Shown in pieces: positions 1 to 7,137 of a DNA stretch of 23,699 nt. The stretch spans positions 1 to 23,699 of the forward strand of contig CBDAFS010000005.1 of the NCBI GenBank assembly GCA_965195285.1, given 5' to 3'. Under the pieces are notes generated by a model that worked only from the letters and a program-made list of their open reading frames with translations, made no database searches and had not been told where the DNA came from. The stretch is from an uncultured Aminicenantes bacterium (lineage in GTDB: Bacteria; Acidobacteriota; Aminicenantia; UBA2199). The position numbers and the translations under genes were made by a program. How positions within the stretch are numbered: position 1 is the first letter of the stretch; every line of letters begins with the position of its first letter.

Positions 1-197
1 CTGGTAAAATTATCAGTTTCTGTTATTGGTTTTCCCTGATTACGGGTATATTGCTTAGGCCCGAAAACCAGTATTTCCGGTCCAAAAAGAGGAGAAAATA
101 TACCAATCAATAGAACACTTATCAACGTTAAAATGAAAAACTTATTCAGCATTATAATCCCCTCCAGAATGATTTTTCCGGTTCTGTTTTTTAACAT
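1..197 (-). CDS. Exported protein, N-terminal fragment (runs off left edge of window)
   Basis: Not in the ORF track; read by hand. ATG at 197 (GAGGAGG upstream) is in frame with a second ATG at 152 (GGAGGGG upstream). From 152: MLNKFFILTLISVLLIGIFSPLFGPEILVFGPKQYTRNQGKPITETDNFT..., open to base 1, with a signal-peptide-like hydrophobic stretch. Confidence 0.75.
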   Translation of the reverse strand, partial: MLKNRTGKIILEGIIMLNKFFILTLISVLLIGIFSPLFGPEILVFGPKQYTRNQGKPITETDNFT

Positions 198-263
198 GTT
201 GCCTCCTCAAATTTTTTACAGGCTACCGCCACTGGACCTGCTTTAATTTTCATAGGTTTCAAT

Positions 264-1976
264 TTATTCTTCTATATTTTTGTTTTTTTTGGATCCTTTC
301 CATTGTTTTAATTCGATTTTTCGGTGGGTACCGATGAGATAAGTTTCCAGATCGCTCCGGGTAATCTCAGGCATCCTTAGTATGCGGGGGGTAATGCTGA
401 TCAATATATCGGTTCTCTCTTTGGTCTTACTTCGAGAGGAAAAAACCTCTTTCAGGATAGGAATAGAGCTTAAAAGCGGGATACCATCAGATCCCTCTGT
501 TGTGCTTCCCCGTGTCAGCCCGGCAATAATCCCAGTCTCACCATCCATGAGACGTAACCTGGTAGAGACTTTCCGGTTTCCCAATGTAGGTGGCATATAG
601 GCTCCACCAAGATCTGTCACATAAGTAAGTTCAAAATTTAGTTCGAGGGTGACCTCACGATTGAGATGTATCGTTGGCGTAATGGTAATAAACATCCCGA
701 CATCCTTCATATCATAGGCACTGATAGGCTGTTGATCCTGGCCTCCGGAAGAAACCGGGACAAAAGTGGTTCTCAATATCGGGCGCTTCTCGCCCAGTCT
801 TATTTCTATCTTCTCTCTGTCCAATCCCCTAATCCTGGGTCGGGCTAATATTTTGGTATTGGTAGTGGATGAAAAAAATTTCCATACCACCTTGGGCATT
901 GATAGAATAATATCATCAGCACTCAGATGAAACAGGTTATTCAGGCGCTTCCCTTCGCTGAACCCATCGATTTCAGCACCGATTTGGTATGAAGAGAGCT
1001 CGGTGCCATATTCTTTTAGTTTCTTTCTGTCAACCTCCATAATCTCCACTTCAATCTCCACTTCACCATCTCGTTTGTCAATAAATTGTGAGAGTTTTTC
1101 TATCAAAGCAATATTTTGGATTGAATCAGTGACAATTAAGGAATTTGTTTTTTTGTTTAGAATTAATTTTTCAGGTCTGATGATAGATTCAATGACTTGT
1201 TTGGCTTCTTGAGCTTCGACATTGGAAAAATAGAGATTTTTCATCATCAATCTCTTATATCTCTTTTGACTATCTCTGGAGTCCGGAGTAATGATGATGT
1301 TCTGACTATCCAAAACATAAAAGTCACATTTGAACATCATACATAATCGTTCCAGAGCTTTATGAAAGGAACTTTGTTTAAGTGAGAATGTAACTTTGCG
1401 ATCCCTAAATCCCGAATCAAAGAGAATGTTTACATTTCCGGTTTTGGCCAATACTTCGAATATTTTCATAAGGCTGACCTTATGCTTGAATATAAGGTCT
1501 ACCGGGTCCTTTGCATTTAGCACTTCGGGATAACCAACATTGATTTCCATTTCTTTCTTAATTTGGTCAATACTCTTGGTATTGTCTCCCAAATTGATGA
1601 GCAAAGACAAAGCCTTGCGGCTGTTGTTATTGGCCGGATCAAACTCCAATGATTTTTGGTACAGGAACACTGCCATCTCGGGCTTTCTCATTTTTTCCTG
1701 TTCCATTCCCAGATAGTAATAATACTGCGATGCTTCTTTTAACAGACGGTCAACATCAATTTTCAATTCTATACTTTCCGGATTTGATTTTAATGCCTTG
1801 AGATAGTGCCCGAGCGCTTCTTCATAATGTTTGTTACTACTCAAGTCTTTGGCTGTTTTAATATGGTTTTTCACACAGCCATTAAACAGAGTAATCAAAA
1901 ACACTGATAATAAAATAAAAATTGATTTCAAACGGATCTGTAAAAACATATTTATTCTTGTATTTTCATTTATCAT
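264..1976 (-). CDS. Secretin (GspD/PilQ superfamily) with N-terminal lipoprotein signal and TPR repeats
   Basis: Lipobox-like LFNGC; TPR-like helices (EEALGHYLKALKSNP, AVFLYQKSLEFDPANN); N0/N3-like segments; secretin-core motifs (VEIEVEIMEV, KILARPRI, DVGMFITITPTI, RLRLMDGETGIIAGL, GIPLLSSIPILKEVF, TDILISITPRIL). ATGA overlap with upstream gene; alternative start at 1949. Confidence 0.9.
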   Translation of the reverse strand: MINENTRINMFLQIRLKSIFILLSVFLITLFNGCVKNHIKTAKDLSSNKHYEEALGHYLKALKSNPESIELKIDVDRLLKEASQYYYYLGMEQEKMRKPEMAVFLYQKSLEFDPANNNSRKALSLLINLGDNTKSIDQIKKEMEINVGYPEVLNAKDPVDLIFKHKVSLMKIFEVLAKTGNVNILFDSGFRDRKVTFSLKQSSFHKALERLCMMFKCDFYVLDSQNIIITPDSRDSQKRYKRLMMKNLYFSNVEAQEAKQVIESIIRPEKLILNKKTNSLIVTDSIQNIALIEKLSQFIDKRDGEVEIEVEIMEVDRKKLKEYGTELSSYQIGAEIDGFSEGKRLNNLFHLSADDIILSMPKVVWKFFSSTTNTKILARPRIRGLDREKIEIRLGEKRPILRTTFVPVSSGGQDQQPISAYDMKDVGMFITITPTIHLNREVTLELNFELTYVTDLGGAYMPPTLGNRKVSTRLRLMDGETGIIAGLTRGSTTEGSDGIPLLSSIPILKEVFSSRSKTKERTDILISITPRILRMPEITRSDLETYLIGTHRKIELKQWKGSKKNKNIEE

Positions 1977-2674
1977 TCTTCTTCCACGGTAACCGTAACA
2001 CTGGAGGATAATCCTTTATATTTAGCCGTTACCGTTGCAGTCTTGCCAGTCGATAATGTCACTTCGACATTACCGTTATTGTTGGTGGAATAAATTCCAT
2101 TCCCGGAAAGACTTCCTGCTGTAGTCTCCAGCCAGATGTTTTTACCTGCAATGGGCTTCATTTCTTCATCAACAGCTAATACTTTTATGTTTGATTTTCC
2201 TCCATTTTGGGGCAATTCCATTGGATCAGCAGAAATAAACAGATATGAAATGTCAGGTTCTACAACTTCTGTTACTGTAATAATGAGTTGTTCGGGAGAG
2301 ATGGTAGCCTGACCGCTGTGTGCGGTTATGTTAACATCACCACTGTACTCAGAATCTGAAATATAGGTGGCTGTGGCTTTACCATCTATCAGGATTATTT
2401 CGTTTTCAATCTGGCCGGTGCTGGCAAACAGATAAACAACGGTTCCCCCGGGCAGAGGGTAACCGCTTGCCTTTTCTCCCATTACCATAATGGTTGCGAT
2501 TTGCCCGGGTTCGATACTGCTGGGAACAGCGGTTAGATAAATGACGGCATTTTCATCCGGCACATAGGACAGATCATCACAGTTTTGAGAAAAAATCAGG
2601 CTCAGAAATATGCAAAGAATTCTGAAAATGTTTTTCCTTCCCTTTCTGCCCATTATAAAACATATGTTTATCAT
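1973..2674 (-). CDS. Putative lipoprotein with two tandem bacterial Ig-like (Big_1/invasin-type) domains
   Basis: Basic N-terminus, hydrophobic stretch, then Cys (FSQNC). Two beta-rich repeats: IYLTAVPSSI..GYPLPGGTVVYLFASTG..DGKATATY and LFISADPMEL..KPIAGKNIWLETTAG..NGNVEVTL. Alternative start at 2653. Confidence 0.75.
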   Translation of the reverse strand: MINICFIMGRKGRKNIFRILCIFLSLIFSQNCDDLSYVPDENAVIYLTAVPSSIEPGQIATIMVMGEKASGYPLPGGTVVYLFASTGQIENEIILIDGKATATYISDSEYSGDVNITAHSGQATISPEQLIITVTEVVEPDISYLFISADPMELPQNGGKSNIKVLAVDEEMKPIAGKNIWLETTAGSLSGNGIYSTNNNGNVEVTLSTGKTATVTAKYKGLSSSVTVTVEEE

Positions 2675-2849
2675 TCCCGAAAGGGTAAAAACAAGGCCCG
2701 AAATTTTACCTTTTTGGAAAAAATCCTACAGAGACAGGGTTTGCACCGTCATTTTTTTTATTATTTGTTATAAAGTCGCATCTGGTAATATCAATTTTTT
2801 TAAAGAATTCTGCAAAAATAAGCTATAGAGAGGATTTCAGTGGAAAAAA

Positions 2850-2867
2850 ATTCAAATGAATTTGAAT
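2850..2867. promoter_or_regulatory. Perfect 8-2-8 palindrome, candidate operator
   Basis: ATTCAAAT-GA-ATTTGAAT in the divergent intergenic region between the Ig-lipoprotein gene and rocD. AT-rich context lowers significance. Confidence 0.35.
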
Positions 2868-2958
2868 AGGAAGTGATTAAAAAAAGTAAAATTTAGGGTT
2901 GTTTTTAAAATGATACCACGGGTCGAAGCGGATTTTATGTGAAAATCGGGAAAGCGGG

Positions 2959-2986
2959 TTGACGAAAATTATTAAACTGATAAAAT
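2959..2986 (+). promoter_or_regulatory. sigma70-type promoter for rocD operon
   Basis: TTGACG-N16-TAAAAT with extended TGn. A second TGaTATAAT lies at 3008-3016; SD GAGGTG at 3023-3028. Confidence 0.6.
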
Positions 2987-3032
2987 AGAGGATCAATTTT
3001 TAAATAATGATATAATCATAATGAGGTGAATC

Positions 3033-4238
3033 ATGAATCCGTACGGCTCAACAGAATTGATTGAAATGGAACAAAAATATGGTGCCCACAACTATCATCC
3101 GCTGGAAGTTGTCATTTCAAAGGCCAAAGGTATCTGGGTTGAAGATCCCGAGGGCAAGCGATATATTGATATGCTTTCTGCCTATTCGGCAGTCAGCCAG
3201 GGACATTGTCATCCGGCCATAGTGAAAGCACTCAAAGATCAAGCCGATGTGCTCACTCTGACTTCCCGGGCGTTTTACAATGACCAGTGGCCTGTTTTTG
3301 CCAAAAAGCTGGCAGATTTTACCGGGAAACAGATGGTATTGCCCATGAACACCGGAGCCGAAGCTGTGGAAACGGCTATCAAAACCATGAGAAAATGGGG
3401 TTATACTGTCAAAGGAGTGGCCCGGGATAAAGCGGAAATCATTGTGTTTGAAGAAAATTTTCATGGACGAACCACCACCATTGTTTCCTTTTCAACCGAT
3501 CCGGTGGCCTATGAAGGTTATGGTCCGTTTACACCCGGATTCAAGGTGGTTCCCTATAATGATCTGGATGCGGTTAGTGCTGCCGTAAATGAAAACACCG
3601 TGGGAATTCTGGTAGAACCGATTCAAGGAGAAGCCGGCGTTAATATTCCGGATGACGGCTATGTCAAAGGTTTATTTGATATCGCCAGGGCCCATAATAT
3701 ACTGCTGGCTGTGGACGAGATTCAAACCGGATTTGGCAGAGTCGGCAAAATGTTTTGCTATCAATATGATCAAATTGAACCGGATATTATCATCATGGGC
3801 AAGGCCCTGGGCGGGGGGATCTTTCCGGTCAGTGCCATAGCCGCCCACCGGGATATTCTGGGAGTGTTTACCCCGGGCACGCATGGTTCTACCTTTGGCG
3901 GAAATCCGCTGGCCTGTGCAGTAGCCGCCGCCTCACTGGATGTTCTGGTCGATGAGAAACTGGATGAAAGATCATTTGAACTGGGTGGCTATTTCCTCAA
4001 TGAATTGAGGTCAATGCAGTCCGATAAGATAAAGCTGGTCAGGGGCAAAGGCTTGCTGATCGGTGTTGTGCTGAAAGAATCCGCTGGAAAAGCGCGAAAA
4101 TACACCACTTTACTGAAAGACAACGGAATTTTGTGCAAGGAAACCCACGACTGGATAATTCGCTTTGCACCCCCTCTGATCATTAAAAAAGAGGATATTG
4201 ATTCGGCACTGGAGATTATTCGCAAAGTTCTTGGTTAA
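3033..4238 (+). CDS. rocD: Ornithine--oxo-acid aminotransferase (class III PLP)
   Basis: OAT-typical YGAHNYHPL, LSAYSAVSQGHCHP, MNTGAEAVETA, FHGRT, DEIQTGFGRVG, PLP lysine in MGKALGGG, HGSTFGGNPL. Confidence 0.95.
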   Translation: MNPYGSTELIEMEQKYGAHNYHPLEVVISKAKGIWVEDPEGKRYIDMLSAYSAVSQGHCHPAIVKALKDQADVLTLTSRAFYNDQWPVFAKKLADFTGKQMVLPMNTGAEAVETAIKTMRKWGYTVKGVARDKAEIIVFEENFHGRTTTIVSFSTDPVAYEGYGPFTPGFKVVPYNDLDAVSAAVNENTVGILVEPIQGEAGVNIPDDGYVKGLFDIARAHNILLAVDEIQTGFGRVGKMFCYQYDQIEPDIIIMGKALGGGIFPVSAIAAHRDILGVFTPGTHGSTFGGNPLACAVAAASLDVLVDEKLDERSFELGGYFLNELRSMQSDKIKLVRGKGLLIGVVLKESAGKARKYTTLLKDNGILCKETHDWIIRFAPPLIIKKEDIDSALEIIRKVLG

Positions 4239-5209
4239 TGATTATCTTTAGAACCGATGGTATCCCCGGACCGGGCCGGGAGATTGTCAATCGAACCTAT
4301 TACCTGGCCCTGCTGTTGAGGAAACAGGTTCCTGTTTTCTTCTGCCTCGATAAAAATATTGTTGTTGCCCCTGAGTTCAGAAAGAAAAATATTTGCTTTA
4401 TTACCACGGAAGATCTGAGTAAAGAGAAAAAAAAGAGATTTAAAAGTATGGTTTTTGATGTTGGCAATTTTGGTCCGGATGACCAGGCTTTGTTAGATTG
4501 GTCCAGGGATCAGGGTTTAAAAACGATTCAGTTTACCGATCTGGGCTTAAATCGGCAACCAGTGAATTTTACCATTGATTCCTCACTGGAACCGCTAACT
4601 CCTCACCCCAAAGACTTGAATGGATTACTTGGTCCCGAATATGCGATACTGCACACCAAATTCAGGCATTTCAACCGGGTGAAGAAGATGACCCGAAAGC
4701 ATGCAAAGATGATTTTACTCAGTCCCGGAGATAAAATGAGCTACCGTCAGCTTAGAAATCTGGTGGATGGACTGACCCGGCATCATATGCAAATCAAAAT
4801 AAATGCCGGGCCGATTTTGAGGAAATCCCATAGAAAAATACTGAAAAGGATATATCCCCAAATTGGGTTTGTGGGAAAGATTGAGAGTCTGGCCCGCCCG
4901 TTTTATGAGTCTGATATGGCACTGATATCAACCGGGCCAGCGGCCTATGAAGCGGCTGCCAGCGGAACTCCGGCCCTTTATTTTTATACTTCACAGCAGG
5001 AAGAATTTGTCGCCGAGGCTTTTGAAAAAAAAGGGTTCGGATTAAAGGCGGAATATGTCAAAAACCGGCCGGGTGACCGGATCGGAGAACAGATCAAGGC
5101 TCTGGATTCCCGACAGCGTGAAGCCATGGGGATAAGGGGAAAACAGACTGTTGACGGACTGGGTGTTTATCGAATCATTGACTTTTTCCAGAAAAACGAT
5201 ATCATATAG
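4238..5209 (+). CDS. PseG/SpsG-like GT-B-fold protein, apparently lacking the catalytic His
   Basis: N-terminal IIFRTDG...G....R...LA, central LLGPEYAILH..F, C-terminal SDMALISTGPAAYEAAASGTPAL and VDGLGVYRI match the PseG/SpsG pattern. TAATG overlap with rocD. Confidence 0.7.
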   Translation: MIIFRTDGIPGPGREIVNRTYYLALLLRKQVPVFFCLDKNIVVAPEFRKKNICFITTEDLSKEKKKRFKSMVFDVGNFGPDDQALLDWSRDQGLKTIQFTDLGLNRQPVNFTIDSSLEPLTPHPKDLNGLLGPEYAILHTKFRHFNRVKKMTRKHAKMILLSPGDKMSYRQLRNLVDGLTRHHMQIKINAGPILRKSHRKILKRIYPQIGFVGKIESLARPFYESDMALISTGPAAYEAAASGTPALYFYTSQQEEFVAEAFEKKGFGLKAEYVKNRPGDRIGEQIKALDSRQREAMGIRGKQTVDGLGVYRIIDFFQKNDII

Positions 5210-5217
5210 GAAAAAAA

Positions 5218-5832
5218 ATGCACAAAATCGGATTAACCGGGGGAATTTGCACGGGAAAAACATTCATTCTGAATATTTTCAAGGAACTGGACTGTTATAC
5301 ATTGCGGGCCGATGAGATTGCCAAACCAATTATTTTCGATCCGGATTCCCAGGTGTCACGGGAAATTGTAAGGGAATTCGGGGAAGGTATTTATGATGAA
5401 AAAAAAGGTTTGAAAAAAGAGGAATTCACCCGCATCCTTTTCGAAGATATCGAGAAGCGGAATTTTGTAAATAATACGGTTCATCCACTGGTGGTGGCTG
5501 AAAGGGAAAAGGTTTTCAAGGACCTTGATAAAACCGGTGTTTATCAATTTTTTATCTATGAATCCGCACTGATGGTTGAATCGGGAACCTACAAAGATTT
5601 TGATAAAATCATTGTGGTGTTTACCACAGCCGAAGAACAGATGAAACGCCTGCAGGAGAGAGATGGAATCAATCATGAGGACGCCGAAAAGCGGATCAAA
5701 GCCCAGTTTCCATTGAGTGAAAAACTGAAGGTCGCCCACTATATTATTGATACCAGTGGCAGTTTTGAAAGTGCCAAGGCCAAGGCCTATGAGACCTTTC
5801 ATTTGATGAAAAAAGATTTTAATATCTCCTGA
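5218..5832 (+). CDS. coaE: Dephospho-CoA kinase
   Basis: KIGLTGGICTGKT P-loop, ADEIAK, VHPLV, RLQERDG, RIKAQFP, AHYIIDTSG; 204 aa. Confidence 0.93.
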   Translation: MHKIGLTGGICTGKTFILNIFKELDCYTLRADEIAKPIIFDPDSQVSREIVREFGEGIYDEKKGLKKEEFTRILFEDIEKRNFVNNTVHPLVVAEREKVFKDLDKTGVYQFFIYESALMVESGTYKDFDKIIVVFTTAEEQMKRLQERDGINHEDAEKRIKAQFPLSEKLKVAHYIIDTSGSFESAKAKAYETFHLMKKDFNIS

Positions 5833-5851
5833 TGTATGATAAGATATTCCC

Positions 5852-6541
5852 ATGGAAACCAATGAAACGGTTATCAGATCACTCAAGGTATTCAATTTAA
5901 AGGAGAACGCCTCCATTTCGGATATGCGTGCCGCTTATCTGGAAAGGACCTCGCAGAAAAAATTTCAGAAAATTTTCTTTGGTGATGAACAAATCGAAAA
6001 GGAATTTTTAAGATATTATGAAGCTTATATGCTTTATTTAAAAAATGTTGATGAAGACAATGTTGATTTGAGTGCATATTCTTCGGATAAGGTTTTTAAA
6101 TTCATTTTCAATCAGGGACTCTACCACATGATCAGGCAGCAATACATGAAAGCCTTTGAAAAATTTCAGGAGGCTTTTAAACTCAACAGAGAAAATGGGA
6201 CTTTATTGCTGTACTTGAGTATTATCTTGATAAAAAGAAAAAATTATTATGCGGCGGAAAAATATTTGTTAAAAGCAGCCGAACTGGATAAGAACAATGA
6301 CGATGCCTGGTTTTATCTGGGTGAGATTTACCTGCAAACCGGGAATCTCAATAAGGCCCTCCGAATGTTCGAAACCTGCAAAATTCTGAATCCCCTGCGT
6401 AGTGAAGTGGCGGTCAAGCTGAAGGAGATCAAAACCGGACTTGGAATTGAATTTCCGGTAAAGCCCTCCAAAGAGAAACGGTCTTTTTTGAATAAGATCT
6501 TAAAAAAATTTGATAAAACAAAACCTCCGGATAAAGTATGA
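5852..6541 (+). CDS. TPR-repeat protein with degenerate J-domain-like N-terminus
   Basis: Three TPR-like units (FNQGL..KAFEKFQEAFKLN; YYAAEKYLLKAAELDKNN; AWFYLGEIY..KALRMFETCKILNP). N-terminus LKVFNLKENASISDMRAAY resembles J-domain helices I-II. Confidence 0.75.
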   Translation: METNETVIRSLKVFNLKENASISDMRAAYLERTSQKKFQKIFFGDEQIEKEFLRYYEAYMLYLKNVDEDNVDLSAYSSDKVFKFIFNQGLYHMIRQQYMKAFEKFQEAFKLNRENGTLLLYLSIILIKRKNYYAAEKYLLKAAELDKNNDDAWFYLGEIYLQTGNLNKALRMFETCKILNPLRSEVAVKLKEIKTGLGIEFPVKPSKEKRSFLNKILKKFDKTKPPDKV

Positions 6542-6562
6542 AGTTTTCACTCGGATTGTTGT

Positions 6563-7045
6563 TTAAAATCCGAAACCCAGTGAAATTCCAAAGAGTAAAT
6601 AATCAAAGAAATTGTTAAAATAGCTGACTCCGAAGAGGGTTATCCGCAGATTGTTGGTTCTGAGGCCGAGGTTCATTTTCAGGGCAAAGTCACCTTCAAT
6701 GCTACCGACTGAATCTCCGATCAGGAACCATTTGGTAATTCCGAGGCCGAAGAAAAAATTTTTCAATTTAATATTGGCCATTACTGCAGGAGCCAGAATA
6801 ACCGGATTAAAATCAAATTTGTAGACGATAATATCACATTCCGGAGTTATCATAAAAAGCGGACCGATATGGATGTCCAGGTTGGCGCCGGCTGACCACA
6901 TATAATCACTAAACGAAAAACTATCGTCTGTCCAAAGTCCGAAGTTAATGTAGAAGTTCATGCCGATATCCTGAGCATTTAGTGATTGAGTGGGTAAAGA
7001 AAAAGCGACAAACAGGATCATAACCACTATTGGTGTTTTTTTCAT
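6563..7045 (-). CDS. Small outer-membrane beta-barrel protein
   Basis: Signal peptide ending LNA-Q; alternating amphipathic strands rich in aromatic residues and Gly; C-terminal Phe beta-signal (ISLGFGF); SD AAGGAGG. Confidence 0.75.
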   Translation of the reverse strand: MKKTPIVVMILFVAFSLPTQSLNAQDIGMNFYINFGLWTDDSFSFSDYMWSAGANLDIHIGPLFMITPECDIIVYKFDFNPVILAPAVMANIKLKNFFFGLGITKWFLIGDSVGSIEGDFALKMNLGLRTNNLRITLFGVSYFNNFFDYLLFGISLGFGF

Positions 7046-7063
7046 TTCGCCTCCTTGTTAGAG

Positions 7064-7092
7064 ATTATATGTATAAATATTTCTTTTTTCAA
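7064..7092 (-). promoter_or_regulatory. sigma70-type promoter for the OMP gene
   Basis: Minus strand TTGAAA(7092-7087)-N17-TATAAT(7069-7064). Confidence 0.7.
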
Positions 7093-7137
7093 TATGATAA
7101 TGAACTTTTCCTATCCGGGTTAAAAGGCTTCCGAATA

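Noticed and set aside
2585-2828. Short plus-strand ORFs in the AT-rich region before rocD
   Set aside because: Overlap the lipoprotein gene start, have no SD and no recognisable features.
5356-5916. 186-aa antisense ORF over coaE, and the many other 60-120 aa nested ORFs in the track
   Set aside because: All overlap strongly supported genes and show no family motifs.
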